From Tubulanus polymorphus (lineage: Eukaryota; Animalia; Nemertea): 64,000 nucleotides of DNA. The position numbers and the translations under genes were made by a program. The notes beneath the pieces are model-generated. The model was not told where the DNA came from. It saw nothing but the letters and a program-made list of their open reading frames with translations, and made no database searches. This document shows, one piece after another, positions 54,166 through 64,000 of this stretch (within the stretch, counting starts at the first letter, position 1; every line of letters begins with the position of its first letter). The stretch covers positions 2,215,355-2,279,354 of the forward strand of contig NC_134030.1 in assembly GCF_964204645.1 (NCBI RefSeq), written 5' to 3'.

Positions 54166-55360
54166 GTCCTACTCACTAACATGCTTCAACTACGAGACTT
54201 TCCAATGAGGCTCATTACCAAATAAATCCATTATTCAATGGATCTTTTTAATGAGGTAGAACAATTTTAAAATGTTTTAGCTGATCAGAAACAAGGTTAT
54301 TAGGGGTTTTAGGGTGATGTTAAAATGACGGAATCCTGCATGGCTACAACCAACAAAGTTCCATTTATTTAAGAAATGTATAAATTATTTATTTTTTGTG
54401 CGTGTAGCAGCATTCCTAGTTCGATTGTGTGTGATAATTTTGAAATGAACCCTCAGTATTATTAAAAGCTCGCTTGCCGCAGTCTGCAATATCTATTTCA
54501 CTTGCTTGGCTCGTGTTAGCGCGTTCTCACGAGAATTCAAAAAATTATTTTACATGATTCATCTGGTTTAGGCTGTCATGATTTCTAGGAATATCATTAT
54601 AAGAACATTAGGGTAGAGATTATAATAGACAAATAGCAGTCGTAAAGCTGAAAGTAGAAACAGAAATTCACAGAATCATTAGAAGAATAACAACATTTAT
54701 GCTTCTAAGGTTGCGGGCAATAGACTTCATCTGGATTGATGGAAGTTTTCTACCCAAACCCTAAATATGTTGTTTTACTTCTAGTGATTGTGGGTTTTGC
54801 TTCTGACAGCATTAAGGTAATTTAGAAATACGAATTTTTAACATTTCTAATAAAAGCCTTTTTCCTAAAACGCTTGTCAACACTAAGAATGAAAAAATCT
54901 TTTTATCAGATTCGATTACCATGACTACTGTATGACGCGGGTTGTCATGGTAATGACTGTTTTTGTAAATACACGTATAGCCCTCTATATTCTGATGTCT
55001 GTAAATTGTTCGAAAAAAGATATTAACTTAAAAAATAAGAAATCGCTTTAAAAAAAAAAATATTTGTGGCTTGAGAAATGATGAAAGAAATGAATGGGAA
55101 TAAATTTTATATAAAATTTGTGCAGATATTAATTTATAAACGCTTTGAATTTTAGTGAATGTATAGTTGTAATAGTTCGGTGCTGATTGATGTAAATCGA
55201 TGTAGTCCCATGCTGATATGTATCCAATACATCATTAAACATGTATTTTAGTTGTTGTGATGTAAATATAATGTCATACCCCTCCGCGCTCGCAGCATTA
55301 GCATGTGTTAGGGTCATGATCTCCGTGTTGATATTTTATGTGATGGAGTTGCACAACAAA

Positions 55361-55404
55361 ACAGAGCAATGATCAAAACATAACAGTTTTGATCATTGCT
55401 CTGT
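55361..55404. repeat. Perfect 19-bp inverted repeat (hairpin)
   Basis: acagagcaatgatcaaaac-ataaca-gttttgatcattgctctgt. Confidence 0.85.
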
Positions 55405-57118
55405 ATCACTTGTTGGTCACCTGTTGGTTAACTAAGCAACTGAAGCGTTAGGGCTGCAATTGCTGATTTGGTTAGAGTCAACCATTGGATAGCAGACACA
55501 GTGAGAATTGAAAGTTTGTTATCACTTATATCCACTGGTTAACTCCAACCAGCTTTTGAGTAACTGGCTCCAGATTTGTAAATCACATCAAATACTTGAG
55601 CACCTAAGAATCGATGTCAGTTTCATTCATATATAAGCTTTCCTCTCTGTCTTGAATTGTGCCATATAAATGTGGAAGAACTAATAAACAAGTTTGTATG
55701 CAATATTAATGTATTATATTGATGTATTTTATTTACCAGATACCTAGTAAACCATTTGGGTTCAGAAAAAAGCACATTGATTCACAAGATTTTGTCATAA
55801 AAGAAGAAAATAACTGATTGATAAGTTATATTTTGCCATCTTTTAGGGTTTCTCAAAATTCCAAAAGCTCGATTAGACTTAAGCAAACAGTGGTATTATT
55901 ATTGTTAATTTGTGAATGCGAGTTAGATTTTAATAATACAATACCGCTGTTTAATCCTATAGTATATATGTATTGAAGTTATCATGAGATACACAACGAA
56001 CCCACAGATGTACACAGCTTGGGCTTAGCGCATATCCCGAATGAAATGTATTTAATATTACATCGTGTATTTATTTATGTTAAAATTATGCGAAGAGCAG
56101 CCCTAGAAATTAAAGCATTATAGCATTTTTGTTTGAAGACATGTTCATAGCTGCACAATATTAGACTATTGATGTATCTTGTCGTTAATGAATATTCACA
56201 TTTCAACTCAAGTCAACAAACATCCATTTCTAGCCATAATACATTTGTAAATACGTAAGAGTTAAAAACCCATCATTTCTCTCCCTCTCTCTCTATCAGT
56301 ATCTATTACTTCTAACGAGTCAAAATTCTGATCTTCCATCTTATTATTTAGAGTATGAATAATCTGAAAAATTCCAGTAAACCAGGATCAAAGTTTTTGA
56401 AGTTGTGACACAAATATGACTCTGTTATCAACTTCTGGACTCGGTTCAGAAATCAATAATCTAAAGCTCAGATATGTTTTGGAAACACAGATCACCTTTT
56501 AGTTAGACTGCATTAGTTGAAATTGATAAATTTTCCAATATTTCAATTCTGGAGTGAAATAATGACCAACAGCTGTGTGGATCTGATCGAGTATATTCAG
56601 TGAACTGCAGAGAATTCTATTCTGAATAAATGATGATCAGAATTTTAAAAGCTTTAGATTTGCAGCTCATTATTAATATTTACTTGCACTCTCTTATCAT
56701 TTTCATTCTGTGAAGCAAGCATGTCTGCCCCTCATATCTGCCCCTCATATCTACCCCTCATTCTGTCATCGTTTGTTTTACGTTAAATTTACCTGTCATT
56801 ATTGTGAACAAAATATTAAAGTAATTTTAAGTAAAATAAAGATAAAAAATCTGATGTAATCGATTACTTTTATTTCGTCGATTTTCTCGACTGTGCATGA
56901 TGAATATATTAGGTAGAAGTGAATGCATTCTCTACTCTGGACTACTCTGGACCATAGCAGAGGATCACTGATGTTGCTGAGAACAGAACAAACAGAAGAT
57001 ATGGAGCTACAGAGATGTCATCGACCAGAGGAATCTTGAGCAACAGACAGAATTCAAAATCAATCCCTCATATCTTATAAATTGCTAACAAGATTTTATT
57101 TTTTCAATTTATTTCTAG

Positions 57119-57244
57119 TTGACGGTTTGAGTAATATGAAGTTGATCGCGATTATTATTGGAACGGCTGCCGGTGTTGCTATAGTGACTTCGATTATTGT
57201 CGCCATCGTTTTACATTTGAGAAAACAAAAACTATCTTCTACAA
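57119..57244 (+). CDS. Transmembrane exon, symmetric phase 1-1 (VDGLSNMKLIAIIIGTAAGVAIVTSIIVAIVLHLRKQKLSST)
   Basis: Pyrimidine-rich acceptor ...tttatttctag; ~24-residue hydrophobic helix followed by RKQK; donor A|gtaggt in phase with the serpin exon. Confidence 0.78.
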
Positions 57245-57319
57245 GTAGGTATTTTATATTTGTGCGGGTCCTGTACAGTTGGAGTCCTTTATGATGCTAC
57301 CGTTTGGATCGATAACAAA

Positions 57320-57452
57320 CAGGGGCCGGTTGCTCAAAAGTTGGTTAGAGTTAACCAGTGGAGAGTTGATATGGTGACAATTGAAATTTCATTGTTACTA
57401 TGGTATTTAAAGGCCGGTTATTTTTAACCGATTTTTTAGCAACTGGCCCCTG
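57320..57452. mobile_element. MITE in the intron between the TM and serpin exons
   Basis: Inverted termini caggggccggttgct ... agcaactggcccctg. Confidence 0.75.
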
Positions 57453-57962
57453 GATGTTATAACAAATTTGGCATTATGTAAGAATGGTAATTTCATTGAA
57501 TTTGTATTGAGTAAGATTGGGAAAAAGTGTTCTCTGAAAAGTGTTAGCGTTGAGTGAGAAGTGGCATTGAAAAGGATGTCTTTATGACGGACTTCGATGA
57601 CAGTTCATTGTAAAAGTGCCCTGGACTTAATCTTCCCAATAACAGAAGTAATAGTGATAAGATGCTAGTATTAGGATGCCTTTTGTTTCCCAGCCGAGAG
57701 GCTAAAGGTTCAGAAACCTACAGGGTAGGAGGTCCTGGCACAGAGATTGAGATGAAGATGATTGTATATTATATAGTTTATAGCTTCGTAACCATTTCCA
57801 AAATTGTCAGTTAAAACTAACTCTAAATCTATAGAAATAAACCTAGAACTGTGGAATTGGAGTGTTGAAGAGTATTAAATTCTTGAGAGCTGGGGCTATC
57901 TTTATTTTGATATGTTGCACTGTTTTAGAATTGATTTTGACTCTCCCTCTCTCTTTCCACAG

Positions 57963-59281
57963 ATGACTTGTGCATGTCGCAGAAAGGCAAAAAGATGCGT
58001 AAAGCTTACGTTTCCGAAATGGAAACTCCGCAAGAGCAGACGGCATCGGTGGAAGAAGCGTATTTCCACGACATCGTCTCCGCGACAACTTTATTCGCTG
58101 AACGATTATATTCTCGAATAGCGATGATAAACACGGATTCGATGATTCTATTTTCGCCGTTTGCTGTCATGAACATGATGTCGGCGATATCGACCGGAGC
58201 TCGCAACGCGACCGCCGACGAGCTGGAGAAAACCATCCGAATAAACGCCGTCAAAAATCTCGATTTGAAATTCGAATCGTTGAATCGTCTGATCAACCGA
58301 AATCCGAACAATCGTAACTACACGTATAAACTAGCACAGGGAATGTTCGTCGCCGCGACGACCGAATTAACGCCGGCGTTTAAATCGTCCGCTCAACGGA
58401 ATTATCGTATATACGTGCGTTCGGTCGATTACCGAGACGGCAACCGACACGACGTACGACACGAGGTGAACGAATGGTGTCGTAACGCGGCCGGTATCGA
58501 TAACGTCGTCGATGTGGATGATATCCACGCGGATGTATCGATGTTATTGATCACGGCGATGTACGTGCACGCGACGTTTCGTAAAACGGACGTCGATCGC
58601 GTCAGTACGATGCCGTTCTCGTTCCCGGACTCGGACGTGCCGACAGACGTCCACGCCACTCATCTCCTCGGTTCGTTTCTCGTCGGATTCGATCACGGTT
58701 TAAACTGTCAGGTGCTCGATATACCGTTAGATAACAGTCCGTTAACTCTGTGTATATTATTACCGGATAAATCTGAGAGTTTAAATGACGTTGAGCGTAG
58801 AATAATAAACGGAGAGATCTCCGATAAACTGAGCTCGGTCACTAATAATCTATCTTATCGTCAGTCCAGTATTTATATCCCCGATATCCACTTATCGTAC
58901 GCGATTGATTTAGAAACGTACCTGTCTGGTTTAGGACTGGTCGGTGCGCTGACCGACGAGGCCGATTTATCCGCGATGACCACCGTCGTAGATATGGGCG
59001 ACGACGAAGAGACCGGTAACCAAAGCAACCGTAACGATAATAATAATCTACGATTGTCTCATTATATTCATTCGTTGCATTTCGACGTTTGCGACAAGAA
59101 TACGAAACCTCAAGAGGAGCGTTTCGACGAGGACGACGTGGAATACGTGCTCGTTTATCGCGTAGATCGCCCGTTTATGTTCGTAGTTCGACATCCGATT
59201 ACCAAGGAGATCGTAATAATGGGACGATCTGGTGAACTCATTTCTAAAGATCGTATCGCTTACCATCAAACCACATTATAG
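57963..59281 (+). CDS. Serpin domain encoded by one terminal exon; divergent, probably non-inhibitory
   Basis: Serpin motifs ILFSPFAV, GARNATADEL, LLITAMY, CQVLDIP, LCILLPD, ADLSAM and VDRPFMFVVRH...IMGR. Preceded by the strong acceptor ctccctctctctttccacag, phase 1. Stop TAG ends at 59281. Confidence 0.92.
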
Positions 59282-60399
59282 GACGGTTCATTGGAATCGA
59301 TGGATTTATTTCCATAAACTTGGGCCTATTACTCAAAAGTTGGTTGATTTTCTGGGGTGGGTTTCGTAGATTTTGAAGAAAAATGTGAACACATTTTCAA
59401 TAATTGAACTCGGAGTTAAATCTTAAGTCGGAAATGTGGAAGTGGACCCAGATTGAGGATTTACCCCTAGGGATAACTCGGTCTATGAAACCGGGCCCTG
59501 GATAGATGAATCACCATAATAATCATTTGGGTAATGATCCGTCTGCAACATAGACTTAAACGGCCAATTTCACTGTATTCTGCTATGTTCACCGGTCTGT
59601 GGTCAGTCACTCAAAGGTTGGTGAGAGTTAACAGATGGATAGTTGAATGATGTTTTAATTTTCACAATGTCAACTATCTGCTGATTAACTCTAATCAAAT
59701 TTTGAGCAACTGCCGCTCCTAGTGTTTGAGCAAGTATTTAACAACTGTGTATCCTCAAATTCTGGGTTCACAGTTGTCCGCAAAGTTAGTTTAACTTTTG
59801 ATCTTGGATCATTTCATTTTCTCGGTTCATCAATTTGGTTTGTTCTAAATCGATTGAGGAGTTCTTGTTGATAACTGGGCCTTGTTGATGATTTTCACCA
59901 CATGGCCCACTCATTGATTAGATTGTATGTATTAGAAAACCATGCATCGGGCTATCAACGTTAGAATACAGCCAGTCGTGCATTAAGTAAAAATAAAATT
60001 CGGGTTTTGACTTATTTGTTAAATGATTGCTTGAAGAAACTTTAATTTGTCTCAAATGTCTTACATTTATTGTAAGGTAGTAATATATATGACATGTATA
60101 AACCATGTATAAGAGTATGTTATAGTATTTCTAAATGATTTAATTGACAATGACAATGTGTGCTGTACATAGAATCTTGGAAATTCACATTCCATTCATA
60201 ATTTACTAATTAATTTTTCGAAGATGTTTACTTATTCTAATTTAATTAAATTAATATATATATTTAATTGTACACGTTTTGGTCTAATAGAATATGATTA
60301 TTTATGATTTGTAATAAAATAACTATATTTCAAAAAATCGAAACGTATTTTAGTAATGTTTTTTTTCTTATCAGGGATCGGTATAAACAGAAATGTTTT

Positions 60400-60569
60400 C
60401 TTATTCGCGCCGAGTCCGTTTTATGCCAATAAATTGAGATTCAATTGAATTGAATAGCCGAATCCTTGTTTTACCCAAAAGCCGCGGCCTGATTTTAGAC
60501 TTGTAAAGGATTCCCCTGCTTAATGACGTAAATGGGAAATACCCGATATTGACAATTTTGACGTAAAAA
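60400..60569 (+). promoter_or_regulatory. UBE2Z proximal promoter/5'UTR
   Basis: Directly upstream of the ATG; two TGACGTAA CRE/ATF-like sites (~60524, ~60559) and AAAATGGC spanning the start codon. Confidence 0.45.
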
Positions 60570-62783
60570 ATGGCAGGGATTGAAATGGATTCGAACACGG
60601 ACGACGAGGCGGTTGCTGCTGCTGCTCATACGATGGATATGTTACTGACTACAGAAATGGGCGGTGGTAGTTTAAAAGTGTGGGATCCGTGTCACTCAAC
60701 AGACTGGGATAAAGAGAAACCAACTACTCAATGTATACTCCGAATAAAAAGGTTTGTCTCACTTTTCACTGACTCGAGCTCTCTCCGGGCTCTGCTCACT
60801 CGGCCGACAACGTCACTCGGTTTATATTCCTTACATTGTTGATAGATGATATGCAGAGCGGAAATAAATGTTTTTGGGAGGGGGTGTGAAAGTGCAATAA
60901 CAACGTCCATTGTCACTGATTTCATTTTCAATAAATAACTTAAAGTTTATGGACGCCCCCTTCGAAGAGATGTGACATCTCTTCCAAGGGGGGCGTCCAT
61001 ACCATGTGAAACTTCTTAATGTTTGTGTATGTTTACAAATAAAAACCCACAGTAGATTTGTAGAAAAATGTTATTTTCTAACAGTTTCGAAGTTAATTCT
61101 AAACCTCATCTTCAGAGGAACTAAAATAATACAATAAATGACAAATCTACTGTGGGTTTTTATTTGTTAACTATCCTGAGATTTATATCAGTTCACTGCA
61201 GTCATAGAGTATTTTTATTTGCAGAGATATAATGAGTATATACAATGAACCACCTCCAGGAATGTGTATCGTACCTCAGAAAGAAGATATCACTATGGTA
61301 AATATTGATCGAATTCAATTCGAATTCAATTATTTTCATTTTAATAAAAAACCGATGTATTTCTAATTAAAGGTTCATGCGTTGATCACGGGGCCGTTCG
61401 ATACGCCGTACGAAGGTGGCTTTTTCTATTTTATAATTCGCTGTCCGCCGGATTATCCAATCAGAGCTCCGCGTGTCAGACTCGTTACCACCGGCGACGG
61501 TCAGGTGCGATTCAACCCGAATTTATATAAAAATGGAAAAGTTTGTTTAAGCATTTTGGGGTAAGTTATTTGTCATTTTTAGTTCATTGAGTTTGAATGA
61601 GAATTACATTAAGAATCTAAAGTCAGGATCCAGTTTCAATGAGTCAAATCTCGAGTCAAATCCGACATTTAGATTTAGATGAATTGTAATAGAATGTTTG
61701 TAATAGAATGTTTTCTCGATAGAACATGGTCCGGTCCTGCGTGGAGTCCAGCACAATCACTATCCAGTGTATTAATATCGATACAGTCTTTACTTAATGA
61801 AAAACCTTACCATAACGAACCCGGATTTGAACAGGTCAGTCTCAGCCCTCACTACATACACCAGTAGTTATTGATTTCAAAATTTGAAAGTGATTTAAAT
61901 GTTTTTGCATTGTGTGTAAATTGTACATAACTTGATTGATAGGAAAGACGTTCTGGTGATGCTAAACGTTATAACGACATAATCTGTCACGAGACTCTTA
62001 GAGTTGGTGTATGTGACATGTTAGAAGGGAGAGTTTCTTGTCCTAAAGGATTACGGTAATCTATCTTATTGCTAGTATCAGATATTGGTGATGCTTTCGA
62101 GCCGATTTATTTCTAGTAGCCAATTTATTTTCATTTCATTGCAGCGAAGTGATGGAAAAATCATTCCCGGCTTACTACGAATATTACTCGTCATGTTGTC
62201 ACAAAAATTCCAAGCTCAACGGACAAACAATGCAGGTATAGTAGCCTCCTAGATAAATACAGATATCAAAATGTCCTAAATCCTGGTTATCTAAATATCA
62301 GAAAAACAACTGATATCCGAGTTTGATAATTGAGCGGAGTCTACTGTACCATCGAACTCAGATATTGCTCTCAAGTCAAAATATCAGACTTGAGCTGAAT
62401 CTACTGCATCATCAAAATCAGTCACAAGAGGCAAAAGATCCAACTTGTCCTCTCTGTAATCATATGATTGTAGCTGCTCTGCTACAATTTATATGAAAAT
62501 CTGTTTGAGATTATGATATTTCTATGGTTCGAATGTTAAAAATGAGGAATTTATGGGTTTTCCCCACTCTCACTTTCGCTTTCAGGATCCGTTCGGTGAA
62601 AAACGTGGAAAATTCATATTTGACAAACTTCTCGCGCGTCTGCAAAATATTAAAACGAAAATCGTTGTCGCGAGCGACGAAGACAATGAATCGGACGCGG
62701 ACAGCGATTTAGATTCGGATAACGGCAGCAATTCGGGAACGGACGCAAAAACTATAGAAACGACAACAATGGAAACGACGTGA
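60570..62783 (+). CDS. UBE2Z: Ubiquitin-conjugating enzyme E2 Z (USE1), 318 aa
   Basis: Exons 60570-60751, 61225-61297, 61373-61560, 61723-61834, 61943-62055, 62145-62235, 62586-62783 (957 nt). Diagnostic segments: [79 protein letters not shown]. Confidence 0.96.
60948..61001. repeat. Near-perfect 54-bp palindrome in UBE2Z intron 1
   Basis: tatggacgcccccttcgaagagatgt-g-acatctcttccaaggggggcgtccata. Confidence 0.85.
61036..61168. mobile_element. Inverted-repeat element (MITE-like) in UBE2Z intron 1
   Basis: acaaataaaaacccacagtagatttgt ... acaaatctactgtgggtttttatttgt. Confidence 0.7.
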
Positions 62784-63178
62784 TTTCAATCTGTAACGAG
62801 GAACGCGTTCGTGTTAACCCCGGTAAAAAAGGTCTTCTATAATTAAAACAGTCTCGAGATTCGAGTCAATTTAACCTGGAACACGCGTTATCATTATTAC
62901 ATGTAAGGTACATGTTTAACTGTAATTTCAGTTTTCATTCAAATAATCACCAGTGTTTTATTAGTACAACTGTCAAACTGTGCTCTTCACGCGGATTAAC
63001 GTTAATTATCGGCGACAAAATCATGAACATTTTCTACGTAACTCCGTTTGTTGTGATGACGACCCATCATCGTTGCTCCAACTGCGCCTGAATTCACTTC
63101 TGGCTCCGACTGCCCTGCAGAACATTCACTCGTTAGTCTGATTGGACTCTAATTGGCGCGATGGACCTGGCCTGTAAC

Positions 63179-63395
63179 TTGGTTTAGTACGGGTCAAATT
63201 ATAGCGCGTGAAATGCCAACTGATTCTGTAAGACGGAACTCACTTGCCACAGCACCCTGGAGAACATTCATCAGTGCTGTTAGATCTGAGTTGAGTCTAT
63301 TGGCTTGTGTCAAATTTGGTTTAGTACGGGTCAAATTATCGCGCGTGAAATGCCAACTGATTCTGCAAGTGAGACTCAACTCACTTGCCACAGCA
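63179..63395. repeat. Direct duplication with a 137-bp offset, downstream of the UBE2Z stop
   Basis: ttggtttagtacgggtcaaattat.gcgcgtgaaatgccaactgattctg...aactcacttgccacagca occurs at 63179 and 63316. Confidence 0.85.
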
Positions 63396-64000
63396 TCCTT
63401 TTCGATAGCATTTATAAGTAAGGAGTGAATGATGTATGCGAACACAGTCTCTTATTAAACACGGGCCAAACGTGACCCGTATAAAATAATCTGTATGTGT
63501 GTGTGTGTGTGTGATCGGGGCTTTTACTGTATAATCTATGCTTGGGTAAGTAATAAGTAATAGTCATTCTGTGTAATATAATATTATTATTATTATCGTG
63601 TATGAGGAATATATATCATATATAAATGTATTTTTAAACGGTGTATTATATAATTCTGATGAGAATTGATTAAAGTTTTGTTAAAGAGATCGATTTTTTT
63701 CAAGACTTTCTTCGACGACTTCGGAAACCATTCGTGAAATATGTAACTGTACTGATCGTTGGGGAGGAGAGGAACACTTCACTGTGAACAGCCCAGTCTG
63801 AATCAGTCTCAGATCTCTTACTGTTTAGGGATGCCCTGATATATGTTATTTTTATGAGATATCCTCAGTGGTGGCTGTTTCTTTTCGCACAGTTCCTTGT
63901 GCCACTTGTTAACAGCAACAAAAATTCCAGCAACATTTTTGCCAACCTCACCAGAGATAGTCGTCATCCAAATAATAACTCAAACTCAAAACTATCAAAC

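Noticed and set aside
57968-57976. Stand-alone serpin starting at the TTG/ATG given in the ORF track
   Set aside because: A strong splice acceptor lies immediately upstream and an in-phase TM exon precedes it, so an internal-exon reading fits better. Independent initiation is not excluded.
58006-59269. Antisense ORFs over the serpin, and similar ones over the Ig exons
   Set aside because: Shadow frames of real coding sequence.

Overview
AT-rich, intron-rich animal genomic DNA (invertebrate-like; the organism cannot be fixed from the sequence). The gene models below were spliced by hand from GT/AG sites and reading-frame phase; most of the supplied ORF track is noise or exon-plus-intron read-through. 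Contents: (1) the last four exons of a WD40-repeat gene (+, 583-2792). (2) A complete ~1170-aa type I receptor on the minus strand (7913-21554) with a signal peptide, 7 Ig domains, FN3 + FN3-like domains, a TM helix, and a tail carrying YxN, ITSM/ITIM-like and PDZ-type motifs. (3) Head-to-head with it, a + strand signal peptide + 2 Ig module (22350-25092) that ends in an open phase-1 donor. (4) After a 24-kb repeat-rich gap, a two-exon 100-aa membrane micro-protein (49191-50916). (5) A further TM exon (57119-57244) that splices in frame to a single-exon, apparently non-inhibitory serpin (57963-59281). (6) A complete UBE2Z gene (60570-62783). The best candidate for a new system is the 22-59 kb locus. 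All its modules are phase-1 compatible, which predicts an Ig-Ig-TM receptor with a cytoplasmic serpin domain plus short-tail, ectodomain-less and secreted variants, paired divergently with an ITIM/ITSM receptor. The long-range splices are inferred from phase only and need transcript evidence. Introns hold many MITEs, MITE-derived minisatellites, a higher-order satellite and tRNA-bearing repeats.
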